A DNA stretch of 64,000 nucleotides from an uncultured Solirubrobacteraceae bacterium (lineage in GTDB: Bacteria > Actinomycetota > Thermoleophilia > Solirubrobacterales > Solirubrobacteraceae), in NCBI GenBank assembly GCA_963709885.1, contig CAVPXY010000006.1, forward strand, positions 93,251-157,250. Direction: 5' to 3'. The position numbers were made by a program, and so were the translations under genes. Positions 8,411-17,918 of the stretch are shown in pieces. A model generated the notes under the pieces. The model was not told the origin of the DNA. It worked only from the letters and a program-made list of their open reading frames with translations, and searched no databases. Positions within the stretch are counted from its first letter, which is position 1. Each line of letters opens with the position of its first letter.

Positions 8411-9523
8411 TCAGCCGGCGGCTGCGGGGGCCGCACGGCCGCCGGGCTCCTGCGCGGGCGGCGGCGAGGCCAGCCGGGCAGCGAGGGGGAGCCCCAGCAG
8501 CGATACCGCACTCATCGCGAGAAACGCCCCCGTGGGGTGATGCATCAGGATCTGGACCATCAGGGCGACGATCAGGCCACCGAGGTTTCCCGCCATCCAG
8601 ACGATCGCCCCCGCCGTGCCGGCCGCGGCCCCCGCGAGCCGCTCGGCGGCGGCGAGGACGATCGGCAGGGCCGGCAGCAGAAACAAGCCCATGAGCGCCA
8701 TCAGCCCGGCACGCGCGCCGAGCCACGGCGCCAGTCCGAGCGCAGCACAGCCCAGAGAGCTGACCACGACGGCGCCGCGCATGAAGCCGCGCTCGGCGCC
8801 CCTGCGTGCGACGAGCGGCGGCAGCGCCGCACAGCCGAGGACGCCGGCGATCACCATTCCCACGAGCAGTCCACCCGCCGCCGCTTCCGAGACGCCGGCG
8901 GGTTGCAGGAGCGTCTGCAGCCATGTGGCGAGCGCCACGAGTATGCCGAAGCCGAGGAACACCAGACCGCACAGCATGCGCATCGGCGCAAGCCCCAACA
9001 GGCTCCCAGCCGCGCTTCCGGTGATCGCCGCGTGCTCCGCGCTCGCATCCCCGGGACGACGCAGCGCAGCCGCCAGCGCCACCGCTCCTATCACGGCGAG
9101 CACGGCGTCGATGACGAGCAGCCGCTGTAGGTGCCCGTGGCCCCCCAAGGTGGGACCCAGCAGCAGGGCGAGGCGTATCCCCACGAAACTGCCCGCGGAG
9201 CCTACGGAGATACCGGCGGCCCGCCGATCCACGGACAGATACTCGCCGGCGAGCTTGCTCACGGCGCTCAGCACGACGGGCTGGGCGACCGCGACCGCCA
9301 TCTGCCCGGCCATCGCCCGGGCGAACGTCTCGCCGCCAAGGCGGATGAGCCCGCCGAGCGCGACCAGTGCGCCGCCCAGGGCCAGCACTGGACGGAACCA
9401 GCGATCCAGCAGGATCCCAGAGGGGATGGCCAGCACCACGTACAACAGCGGGAAGATCTCCGCCAGCCACCCCATGGCCGCGGCGGACACCCCATAGTGG
9501 CGGGCCGCTCCCGTCACGGCCAT
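8411..9523 (-). CDS. MFS transporter, possibly N-terminally truncated
   Basis: Hydrophobic repeats with GILLDRW motif A variant; the ORF appears to start after the expected TM1. Confidence 0.8.
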   Translation of the reverse strand: MAVTGAARHYGVSAAAMGWLAEIFPLLYVVLAIPSGILLDRWFRPVLALGGALVALGGLIRLGGETFARAMAGQMAVAVAQPVVLSAVSKLAGEYLSVDRRAAGISVGSAGSFVGIRLALLLGPTLGGHGHLQRLLVIDAVLAVIGAVALAAALRRPGDASAEHAAITGSAAGSLLGLAPMRMLCGLVFLGFGILVALATWLQTLLQPAGVSEAAAGGLLVGMVIAGVLGCAALPPLVARRGAERGFMRGAVVVSSLGCAALGLAPWLGARAGLMALMGLFLLPALPIVLAAAERLAGAAAGTAGAIVWMAGNLGGLIVALMVQILMHHPTGAFLAMSAVSLLGLPLAARLASPPPAQEPGGRAAPAAAG

Positions 9524-9602
9524 TTGCGGGCGGAAGCCTATCCGGCTCTATGCTCTGCCGGTGTGCGCAGGTCGCGTGAGGGTCGTCTCGGCCTCGAGCT
9601 AG

Positions 9603-10571
9603 GTGAACCCCGAGGCTCTCCACACCCGTCGTGAGGCCCGCCGGCGGGCGGCTCGCCGTCGCCGTCGGCGAGCCGCTGGCCTGTTGGCCGTGGCGGCGGC
9701 GGCCGTGGCCGTCGTGATCTTGGCCGGGCGCTCGGGCGGCGCATCCAGGCGAGCGGGCGGCCAGACGCGCCCGGCGCACTCCTCCACCCAGGTGCGCCAG
9801 CGGGACTCAGGCCACTCGAGGGAAACGACAACGGCGAGCTCGCCCGCCGGCCGCCCGGGAACGGCGGCGGTTCCGATTCTGATGTACCACGTGATCGCCG
9901 CACCGCCACCGGGAGCGCCGTTCCCCGGCCTGTACGTGACGCCGAGCGAGTTCGGCGCGCAGATGCAGGGGCTGAAGAGTGCCGGCTGGCACGCGGTGAC
10001 GCTCGACCAGGTGGAGGCGTACTGGCGGAAGGGCGTGCCGCTCGGAACGGGCAAGCCGATCGTGCTGAGCTTCGACAACGGCTACCAATCCCAATACACC
10101 CAGGCGTTGCCGGTCCTTCGCCGGCTCGGGTGGGTCGGCGACGAGAACCTTCAGCTCACCGGCCTACCGCCCTCCCAGGGGGGACTCGGGGCAGATGAGA
10201 TCCGCGGCCTGCTCGCCGCGGGCTGGGAGCTCGACACGCAGGGGTTCAGCCATGCCGACCTGATCACCCTGGGCGCCGAACAGCTGCACTACCAGGTGGC
10301 GCTCGCACGGCAGGCCCTCCAGAGGCGTTACCACGTGCCCGTGAACTGGTTCTGCTACCCCTCGGGCCACTACAACGCGACGGTCATCGCCGCGGTGAGG
10401 GCGGCCGGCTACGCGGGCTCCACCACCGTCGTCCCGGGGTGGGCCCACCCCCAGGACGACCCTTACCGCCTGCACCGCCTACGCGTGCTCGGCGGGACCA
10501 CGCCTCGGGAACTACTGGCAACGATCGGGGGCATTCGCGGCGATGCGCCGGCACCGCCCTCCTACAACTGA
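9603..10571 (+). CDS. Membrane-anchored polysaccharide deacetylase (CE4/NodB)
   Basis: N-terminal TM; VPILMYH, LSFDNG, SHADL and FCYPSG motifs. Confidence 0.9.
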   Translation: MNPEALHTRREARRRAARRRRRRAAGLLAVAAAAVAVVILAGRSGGASRRAGGQTRPAHSSTQVRQRDSGHSRETTTASSPAGRPGTAAVPILMYHVIAAPPPGAPFPGLYVTPSEFGAQMQGLKSAGWHAVTLDQVEAYWRKGVPLGTGKPIVLSFDNGYQSQYTQALPVLRRLGWVGDENLQLTGLPPSQGGLGADEIRGLLAAGWELDTQGFSHADLITLGAEQLHYQVALARQALQRRYHVPVNWFCYPSGHYNATVIAAVRAAGYAGSTTVVPGWAHPQDDPYRLHRLRVLGGTTPRELLATIGGIRGDAPAPPSYN

Positions 10572-12439
10572 GAGACGACCGCGCCGTTCTCGGCCCAGCT
10601 ACGCAGGAGAGCCTCGGTGGCGGCCGCGTCGAGTGGCCGGGAGTAGAGGAAGCCTTGCCCCGCCTCGCAGTCCTCGGCTCTGAGCACCGAGAGCTCGTGC
10701 TGCTGCTCGATGCCCTCGGCGAAAGTCTCGATCGAGAGGGCCTTGCCGAGCTGCACGAGGGTGTGGACGAGCGCCTCGCCCTGCGGGGTGTTGCTCATTC
10801 CCGAGATGAAGGAGCGGTCGATCTTGAGCGCATCGACGGGGAACCGCTGCAGATGAGCAAGGGAGGAGTACCCGGTGCCGAAGTCGTCGATCGCTATGCG
10901 CACGCCGAGCCGCTTGACGGCGGCCAGCCGGCCGGAGGTCTCATCGATGTCGCGCATGAGCGCCGTCTCGGTGATCTCGATCGTCAACGCTCCCGGATCC
11001 AGGCCACTCTGGGAGAGCGCACCCCCGACGTCGGCCATGAGCTGATCGGAGTCGAGCTGGCGTGCCGAGACGTTCACGGCCATCCCGACGGGATACCCGG
11101 CCGTCCGCCACGCCGCGCCCTGAGAGCAGGCCTCCCAAAGAACCCACCTGCCGATCTCCGTGATCAGGCCGGTCTCCTCGAGCAGCGGAATGAAGTCTTC
11201 CGGCTGCAGGACCCCACGCGTGGGGTGATTCCAGCGGATCAGGGCCTCAACTCCGTTGGGCCTCATGTCGCTCAGGGCGAACGTGGGTTGATAGGCGAGG
11301 AAGAACTCGTCGTTTTCAAGGGCGTCGCGCAGATCCATTTCAAGCTCCATGCGGTGTTGGACCGCGGCGTGCATGCCCGTCTCGAACACGACGTAGCGAT
11401 TCTTGCCGTCCCACTTGGCCCGGTACATCGCGATATCCGCGTCGCGCAGGAGCTCATCGGCGGAGGTTCGCTCGCCGATCGCGATTCCGATGCTTGCCGT
11501 CACCGTCAAGCGCGTCTCCTCGCCTGCCCCGAGATGGAAGGGCCGCTTGAGAGCATCGAGCAGGCGTTCGGCGATGAGCTCTGGCCCGACCTGAAGCGAC
11601 ACCTCATCGGAGATCACGACGAACTCGTCCCCTCCGAGGCGGCCGAGCGCATCGGCGCCGCGTACCGCTCCGTCGAGCCTCGCGGCGACCGCTCGCAGGA
11701 GCTCATCGCCCACGCCGTGGCCGAGCGTGTCGTTGATGCCCTTGAAGTTGTCGAGATCGATGAACATCGCCGCCACCGGTGTCTGGCTGCGGGCGGAGCG
11801 CGCGAGCATCTGCTCGACGCGGTCCAGGATGAGCGTGCGGTTGGGCAGACCGGTGAGCGCGTCGTGGGTCACCAGGAACGCGAGCTCCTCCTTGCGATGT
11901 ACGAGCTCTTCGTCCGTTCGCAGGCGCTCGGACTCAAAGTACTCGCAGATGCGAACCAGGCTGAACTCGAGAATCTGCTGCAGCATGGACAGGGCCCCAG
12001 AAAGCGTCTCGGGCGAGGCTCCCCGTGGGGTGGCGCTCTCGCAGAGCACCTCGGCCACGACGTCGCGCCAGCAGAGGCAGCGCCTGGTCACCTCCCTGAG
12101 CGACGCCGCACGGTGCGCCGCCAGCTCGCCGAAGATCTGCCAGGCGTCCTGGCTGGTGTCACGAGCCACCTCCATGCCCTCCCCGGCGATCCAGCGGGCC
12201 ACCGCCATCGTGGAGCCGGTGCAGATTCGTTCGAAGCTCTCCTGCACCTGAGCATCGACGACCTCTCCCGATCCGATGGTTCGCGCAACCGTTCGCTCGA
12301 GCACCTCGTGGGCTCGCCCTTTCAATGCCTCGCCGAGAGCGCGGACATCCTCCCCGTGATGACGTGGTGGAGCGGATCGCGCCGCTGGCGTCAGCGTCTC
12401 ATCCTCTCCGAAGGTCGGGGGTGGCTCGTGAGTGGCCAT
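10562..12439 (-). CDS. GGDEF-EAL diguanylate cyclase/phosphodiesterase with a helical N-terminal sensor region
   Basis: HDALTGLPNR, RGAD I-site before GGDEF, VEALIRW and DDFGTGYSSL. Start MATHEPP at 12439 is inferred. Confidence 0.93.
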   Translation of the reverse strand: MATHEPPPTFGEDETLTPAARSAPPRHHGEDVRALGEALKGRAHEVLERTVARTIGSGEVVDAQVQESFERICTGSTMAVARWIAGEGMEVARDTSQDAWQIFGELAAHRAASLREVTRRCLCWRDVVAEVLCESATPRGASPETLSGALSMLQQILEFSLVRICEYFESERLRTDEELVHRKEELAFLVTHDALTGLPNRTLILDRVEQMLARSARSQTPVAAMFIDLDNFKGINDTLGHGVGDELLRAVAARLDGAVRGADALGRLGGDEFVVISDEVSLQVGPELIAERLLDALKRPFHLGAGEETRLTVTASIGIAIGERTSADELLRDADIAMYRAKWDGKNRYVVFETGMHAAVQHRMELEMDLRDALENDEFFLAYQPTFALSDMRPNGVEALIRWNHPTRGVLQPEDFIPLLEETGLITEIGRWVLWEACSQGAAWRTAGYPVGMAVNVSARQLDSDQLMADVGGALSQSGLDPGALTIEITETALMRDIDETSGRLAAVKRLGVRIAIDDFGTGYSSLAHLQRFPVDALKIDRSFISGMSNTPQGEALVHTLVQLGKALSIETFAEGIEQQHELSVLRAEDCEAGQGFLYSRPLDAAATEALLRSWAENGAVVSQL

Positions 12440-12904
12440 CTCGGGCAAATCGGCCCAAAGCGAGCCTTCCTTGAGAAGGCTGCCGTCGCCTAAGCGGCTG
12501 TTTTCCGGTGCAGGACCGGCTCCTGGAGCGCCGGACGGGCGTCGAACCCTCAATGCCGAGGAGCCGCCGGATCCTGCACCGAAATCGAGCTTGCTTGGTT
12601 TGTCGCCCGTTGTTTGGGTCCGGGCGCCCAGGAGGAGGGAACGCCCGGACCCATCGCTCGCGTGCCTACTGACTCGAGGGAACCGCACACGAGACGGCAT
12701 TGCATCCCCGATCCTCCACGCAAGAACATGTATTTACATCAAGCTAAGGAGTATCAGCTCTGGGCCAGGCTATGGTGCGCCAATGTGGTCAGTTCGCCAT
12801 CTGAAATGCACCACATGGTCCCAATCGAGCCCGTGCGCCCCGCTCGGTGGCGTATGAATGAGCCCACTGCAGGGGTTGGGTGACCGGCGCCTGGCTGGCA
12901 TGGC

Positions 12905-13019
12905 GGTGTGGCCGAGCTCCTCCAAGCGCAGCGACCTCCAGCTCGGGCTGGCGGGCATCGAGAGGGCGGCGGAGCCTTTTCTCGATCGCATTCAGGTGGC
13001 GTGTGACGGTGTCCCGGTC
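12905..13019 (-). pseudogene. Remnant of a PucR/CdaR-type C-terminal HTH
   Basis: Minus strand reads DRDTVTRHLNAIEKRLRRPLDARQPELEV, then LRLEELG after a frame change. No start codon; abuts the tRNA 3' end. Confidence 0.5.
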
Positions 13020-13035
13020 CGGCTCTGAGACCAGA

Positions 13036-13108
13036 AGCGGCGGACGGGGGTCGAACCCGCGACCTCGAGCTTGGGAAGCTCACGCTCTACCAACTGAGCT
13101 ACCGCCGC
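13036..13108 (-). tRNA. tRNA-Gly (CCC)
   Basis: GCGGCGG acceptor stem, TAGCTCAGTTGGTAGAGC D-arm, loop TT-CCC-AA, GGTTCGACCC T-arm; 73 nt, CCA not encoded. Confidence 0.97.
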
Positions 13109-13152
13109 GTTGGCGCAGATGTTACGCGGCTGCGGTCTACTCTTGGAGGCCC

Positions 13153-13710
13153 GTGAAGCGCCGCGCCCTCCCGATCCTCGCCTCGCTCGCCGGAGCGTGT
13201 CTCGTCGCACTGCTCATCTACGGCGTCTCCGCGCAGTCGGCCAACCGCACGCTCGACGAACGGGTCGCGCACGGAAAGCGTCCACAGGCACCCGAAGCCA
13301 CCCGCGTGCTGCCGAGCTTGCCGAGCCTCGCCGGGCGCAGCGACACCTCGCTGGCCTCGCTGAGGGGGAGGGTCGTAGTGTTGAACTTCTGGGCGTCCTG
13401 GTGCGCACCATGCCAGGCGGAGGCTCCCCTGCTCGAGCACGCCCAGAGCCGGCTCGAACGCCACGACGGCACGGTGCTCGGCGTCGCCTCCCTCGACCTG
13501 TCACCCGATTCGCTGGCCTTCGTCCGGCGCTACCACCTCACCTACCCCAACCTCCGCGACGGCGATGGCGCCTTCGCGCACTCCTATGGGAGCGACCAGC
13601 TGCCGGAGAGCTTCATCATCGACCGCCAGGGCCAGATCATCGCCATCTCCCGGGGGGAGATCGGCCAAGCCTTCCTGAACCGCGCGATCGCGCTCGCGCA
13701 GAGCTCATGA
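13153..13710 (+). CDS. TlpA/CcmG-family thiol-disulfide oxidoreductase
   Basis: GTG 13153, N-terminal TM, NFWASWCAPC and PESFIID; overlaps the ccmH start (ATGA). Confidence 0.9.
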   Translation: MKRRALPILASLAGACLVALLIYGVSAQSANRTLDERVAHGKRPQAPEATRVLPSLPSLAGRSDTSLASLRGRVVVLNFWASWCAPCQAEAPLLEHAQSRLERHDGTVLGVASLDLSPDSLAFVRRYHLTYPNLRDGDGAFAHSYGSDQLPESFIIDRQGQIIAISRGEIGQAFLNRAIALAQSS

Positions 13711-14201
13711 GGGCTGCGGCTATTCGCTGGCGCCGTCTGCTCGCGCTGCTCGGCGTGGCGGCGACCCTGGGAGCCACTCCTACGACGGCGGCCGCGACCA
13801 CCGACACCGCGCCCCGCGCTTCCCTGCCCGCGATCGAGCGTCAGGTGATGTGCGTCACGTGCAAAATCCCGTTGAACGTCGCCCAGTCACCGCAGGCCGA
13901 CCGCGAGCGGGCATTCATTCAGAGCCTGATCGCCCAGGGTCAGACCGAAGCGCAGATCAAGCAGGCACTGGTGGGCCAGTACGGCACCGCCGTGCTCGGC
14001 CTGCCGCGCGCGCACGGGTTCGACCTGGCCGCCTATTTGGTGCCGCTCGCAGTCCTGCTTGCGCTCGTCACGACGCTCGCCCTGCTCCTGCCCCGCTGGC
14101 GCCGCCAAGCCAGTGCTCAGGGCACCCGTGAGACGCCCCCTCCGACGCTCGACCCAGCCGACGCAGCCCGCCTGGACGCGGACCTCGCGCGGTTCGACTG
14201 A
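13707..14201 (+). CDS. ccmH: Cytochrome c biogenesis protein CcmH
   Basis: Signal peptide, VMCVTC CxxC, LVGQYGTAVL and a C-terminal TM. Confidence 0.85.
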   Translation: MRAAAIRWRRLLALLGVAATLGATPTTAAATTDTAPRASLPAIERQVMCVTCKIPLNVAQSPQADRERAFIQSLIAQGQTEAQIKQALVGQYGTAVLGLPRAHGFDLAAYLVPLAVLLALVTTLALLLPRWRRQASAQGTRETPPPTLDPADAARLDADLARFD

Positions 14202-14259
14202 GGCCGAGTGATCTGCGCTCGCGCCCCGGACCGGGCCGAGCGCGCCCGACTGAAAACAG

Positions 14260-14300
14260 ACGATCTGCACGAGCACCCCCACGATCTGCACGAGCCCCCC
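14260..14300. repeat. 21-bp tandem duplication ACGATCTGCACGAGC(A)CCCCC
   Basis: Copies at 14260-14280 and 14281-14300, between convergent ccmH and argS. Confidence 0.85.
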
Positions 14301-14323
14301 TGCATCGGCCCCTGACCCTCTCG

Positions 14324-16099
14324 CTACATCTCCTTCGGAGCGCTCACCCCGAGCAGGTCCAGGCAGCAGGCAATCGTACGTGCGCTCGCCACGCACAACG
14401 CGATGCGAAAGGACTCGACGGTCTCGGGCTCGGCGCCCACCACTCGACAGTCCCGGTAGAAGGCCGTGAAGCCCTGGGCCAGCTCGAGCGCGTAGGCCGC
14501 GATTCGGTGCGGGGCGCGCCGCTCGGCGGCCTCGTCGACCTCGGCGGGGAACGCGATCAGCTGCTCGATCAGCGCACGCTCGGCCGCGTGGAGCGGCTCG
14601 CGCGTCGGATCGTCCGAGTCCTCGATGCTGCCCAGCGCTGGCCGATCTTCGATCGGTCGCACGCGCGCCGGTCCTGCCTTGGCGAGTATCGAGGACACGC
14701 GCGCGTGTGCGTACTGCACGTAGTAGACGGGGTTCTCGCTGGACTGCGCCAGCGCCAGATCCACGTCGAGGTCGACCGTCGTGTCGTGTGAGCGCGCCAG
14801 CAGGTACCAGCGCATGGCATCAACGCCGATCTCGGCCAGCAGATCGTCGAGGGTTACGAACTCCCCGGCTCGCTTTGACATCTGCGCGCGCTCGCCTCTG
14901 CGCATGAGGTGGACGAGCTGCATGATCAGCAGCTCCAGGCGCTGCGGGTCTCCACCGAGGGCCTCGTAGGCGGCCTTCATCCGGGACACGTAGCCGTGAT
15001 GGTCGGCGCCCCACACGTCGATCTGGCGATTGAAGCCGCGCTCGCGCTTGTCCTGGTGGTAGGCGATGTCGGAGGCGAAATATGTGTGCTCGCCGCTGGA
15101 ACGCACCAGCACACGGTCCTTGTCGTCGCCGAATTCGGTCGTGCGCAGCCACAGCGCACCGTCGCTCTCGTAGGTGTGCCCGTGTTCCTCGAGGATCGAC
15201 AAGGTGCGCACCACCGGGCTCGGGTCGCCCTCGTGCAGGGCGCTCTCATAGGCCCAATGACCGAAGCCCTTCACTCCGAAGGCGGCGAGCGATGCCTGCA
15301 TCTCGGCCACCATCGCGGTCACGGCGGCGCGGCCCAGCTCGGCGACATCCATCGAGTCGGTCCTCACCAGGTGGACGAGCTGCTCCACGTAGGCACCGCG
15401 GTAGCCGTCCTCGGGCACGGGCTCGCCCCGTGCCAGCGCCATCACCGACTCGCCGAGCTTACGCACCTGCGAGCCGGCGTCGTTGACGTAGAACTCACGC
15501 TCCACATCGTGACCGTGAAACGAAAGCACGCGGGCAAGAGCGTCTCCGTAGGCGGCATTGCGGGCGTGGCCGACGTGCATCGGCCCGGTGGGATTGGCTG
15601 AGACGAACTCGATCAGGATACGCTCGGGCGCTTCGGCCCCACCGGCCCCGAACTCCTCCGCGGTGGCGAGCACATCGGCGAGCGCACCAGTCAACCACGA
15701 GTCTGCGAGGAACAGGTTGAGGAACCCCGGTCCCGCCACCTCGAAACGCTCGAGGCTCGAGCCGAGCCGTTCCTGCAGGGCGCTCCCCAGACGCTGCGCG
15801 ACGTCGCGAGGGGGGGAACCGAGACCGGCTGCCAACAGCAGCGCGGCGTTCGTCGAGTAGTCGCCTAAGTCTGGGCGCGGCGGGCGCTCAAGCGTGATTC
15901 CCCCCCGTTTGCGAACCGAAGATACTTCAGCCTCGCCCGCGGTCCCAGCGGCCCCCGAGAGCCCTCCGACCAGAGGTCGGCCCGCCAGCTGTTCCGCAGC
16001 CGCCAGCACAGCTCCGCGCAGGCCGTCCAGCGGCGTGGAAGGTGCCGTCACGGGGCGTTGAGATGTGGCTTGGTCATCGTCGGAATGGGCCTCGGTCAT
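14324..16099 (-). CDS. argS: Arginine--tRNA ligase
   Basis: EFVSANPTGPMHVGH, MSKRAG, YVQYAHAR and C-terminal LGVSAPKEM. Confidence 0.97.
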   Translation of the reverse strand: MTEAHSDDDQATSQRPVTAPSTPLDGLRGAVLAAAEQLAGRPLVGGLSGAAGTAGEAEVSSVRKRGGITLERPPRPDLGDYSTNAALLLAAGLGSPPRDVAQRLGSALQERLGSSLERFEVAGPGFLNLFLADSWLTGALADVLATAEEFGAGGAEAPERILIEFVSANPTGPMHVGHARNAAYGDALARVLSFHGHDVEREFYVNDAGSQVRKLGESVMALARGEPVPEDGYRGAYVEQLVHLVRTDSMDVAELGRAAVTAMVAEMQASLAAFGVKGFGHWAYESALHEGDPSPVVRTLSILEEHGHTYESDGALWLRTTEFGDDKDRVLVRSSGEHTYFASDIAYHQDKRERGFNRQIDVWGADHHGYVSRMKAAYEALGGDPQRLELLIMQLVHLMRRGERAQMSKRAGEFVTLDDLLAEIGVDAMRWYLLARSHDTTVDLDVDLALAQSSENPVYYVQYAHARVSSILAKAGPARVRPIEDRPALGSIEDSDDPTREPLHAAERALIEQLIAFPAEVDEAAERRAPHRIAAYALELAQGFTAFYRDCRVVGAEPETVESFRIALCVASARTIACCLDLLGVSAPKEM

Positions 16100-16154
16100 G
16101 GTCGGAATCGGCCTCGGTTATGGATCTTGGCCCGGCGGTTGCGATACTAGCCAT

Positions 16155-16472
16155 GTGACCGACCAAGACTCAGGCGCCGAGCGCCACATAAACATCCATC
16201 TCTCCCCCGAGATCATGGGGGGCGTATACGCGAACTTCGCGAACGTCAGCCACTCCGACTACGAGTTCACCGTCACCTTCGCGCGGGTCGACCACGAGGT
16301 CGAGTCCGAGGAGGTGCCGGGCGTGGTCGTATCCCGCGTGAACCTCTCCCCGCGCTTCATGCGCGAGTTGATCGACGCGATGGAGGACAACTACTCCAAG
16401 TGGCGCACCCGCGAGGGCATCAAGAACCTGCCCGAGTATGGCGGGACGGAGGCCGGCTCGAAGGAGGAGTGA
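16155..16472 (+). CDS. DUF3467-like small protein
   Basis: GVYANFANVSHSDYEFTVTF and VVSRVNLSP motifs; GTG at 16155. Confidence 0.75.
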   Translation: MTDQDSGAERHINIHLSPEIMGGVYANFANVSHSDYEFTVTFARVDHEVESEEVPGVVVSRVNLSPRFMRELIDAMEDNYSKWRTREGIKNLPEYGGTEAGSKEE

Positions 16473-16500
16473 GGCCGCGCGGCAGTGAACAGCGACAGCG

Positions 16501-17232
16501 ATGAAGATCGCGGTCATCTCCGACATCCACGCCAACCGACACGCCTTTGAGGCGACGCTCGACGCGGTCGCGGCCAGCGACGCCGCCGAGCTCTGGTGTC
16601 TCGGTGACCTCGTGGGCTACGGAGCGGAGCCCGACGCCTGCGTGGAGCTCGCGCGCGAGCACGCCGCGGTGTGCCTGTGTGGAAACCACGACCTCGCGGT
16701 CACCGGCGAGCTCCCGCTGGACGAGTTCTCCCGCGGCGCGAGCCTCGCGGCGCAGTGGACACAGGAGGTGATCGCGCCGGAGAACCTCGCCTTCCTTGCG
16801 AGTCTGAGCCCACAGGGGCAGGAGGGAGCGATGGGCCTTTACCACGCCAGCCCGCGTGACCCGGTCTGGGAGTACGTCCTCTCCGCGCTGCTCGCGGAGC
16901 TGTGCCTGGACGAGCAGCGCCACCGCGTCTGTCTGATCGGCCATTCCCACGTCGCGCTCTCGTTCGTGCGCCGCCGCGGCGAGCTCACAACGGGAGAGCC
17001 CCAGCGTGACGGCGCGCAGCTCGACATCGCCGACGGCGAATGGCTGCTCAATCCCGGCAGCGTCGGCCAGCCGCGCGACGGAGACCCCCGCGCCGCCTGG
17101 CTGCTCCTCGACCTCGTGGACCTGACGGCTTCCTTTCGGCGCGTCGAATACGACGTGGCCGGTGCCGCAGCCGCCATCCGCGCGGCGCGCCTGCCGGACT
17201 CCCTCGCCGAGCGCCTGGAGTACGGTCAATGA
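16501..17232 (+). CDS. Calcineurin-like metallophosphoesterase
   Basis: SDIHAN, GDLVGYG, GNHD, GHSH and NPGSVGQPRDG. Confidence 0.93.
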   Translation: MKIAVISDIHANRHAFEATLDAVAASDAAELWCLGDLVGYGAEPDACVELAREHAAVCLCGNHDLAVTGELPLDEFSRGASLAAQWTQEVIAPENLAFLASLSPQGQEGAMGLYHASPRDPVWEYVLSALLAELCLDEQRHRVCLIGHSHVALSFVRRRGELTTGEPQRDGAQLDIADGEWLLNPGSVGQPRDGDPRAAWLLLDLVDLTASFRRVEYDVAGAAAAIRAARLPDSLAERLEYGQ

Positions 17233-17918
17233 CCATGCGCAACGGCTCACCATCGAGCAGACGGCCGAATCGGTCGGCGATTCGCGTCCCGATGCCGCCG
17301 TCGATCGCGACGCCGATCGGGATGGGGATGGTGCGCATCGCCGTGACCTGCCTGCTCGGCGTCGCGGCCGCTCTGCTCGTGTCCTGCGGGAGCTCCGGTG
17401 CGGGCCTGATCCCCGTCGGGAACGCGGGTCCTCTGCAGAGCGACTTCGAAGCCGTCGCCCAGGCGGCCGAAAACGGCAACGGTAGCTGCACCGCCACCGA
17501 AGCCGCGATCCTCAAGGCCGAACAGGACTTCGACGCGCTTCCCCCTACCGTCGATGCCGGACTGCGCAACAGGCTTCGCGAAGGTATGTCAAAGCTGCAC
17601 TCAGACGCACTCGAACTGTGCAAACAGCCCCTGGCGCAAACAACCACGACCCGCACGTCCCCGCGGACCACCACGAGCACGAGCACCAGCACCACTCCCA
17701 CGACCCCCACCGTAACCCAGACCACCACCACCACCCCGACCACCCCGACGACCACCCCCACGACCTCTGGTCAGGGTGGCGGCACGCCCGCGCCCGGCGG
17801 AGGCGAAGCCTCGCCGGGCGCGGGCTCAGAACAGGGAGGCGCCGGGGCAGGTGAAGGCGCCGCACGCCCCGGCGGCGGTGGCGGGGCCGGGGCCGGCGGT
17901 CAGGAAGGTGGCAAATGA
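17229..17918 (+). CDS. Putative lipoprotein with a Thr/Pro-rich stalk
   Basis: Lipobox-like LLVSC, small helical domain with two further Cys, long TTTP tract. ATGA overlaps with both neighbours; true start may be near 17321. Confidence 0.7.
   Translation: MTMRNGSPSSRRPNRSAIRVPMPPSIATPIGMGMVRIAVTCLLGVAAALLVSCGSSGAGLIPVGNAGPLQSDFEAVAQAAENGNGSCTATEAAILKAEQDFDALPPTVDAGLRNRLREGMSKLHSDALELCKQPLAQTTTTRTSPRTTTSTSTSTTPTTPTVTQTTTTTPTTPTTTPTTSGQGGGTPAPGGGEASPGAGSEQGGAGAGEGAARPGGGGGAGAGGQEGGK

Noticed and set aside
7809-12493. Long shadow ORFs such as 7809..9779 (-) and 10439..12493 (+), and many similar ones elsewhere
   Set aside because: They overlap well-supported genes antisense or out of frame and have Arg/Pro/Gly-rich composition, as expected in high-GC DNA.
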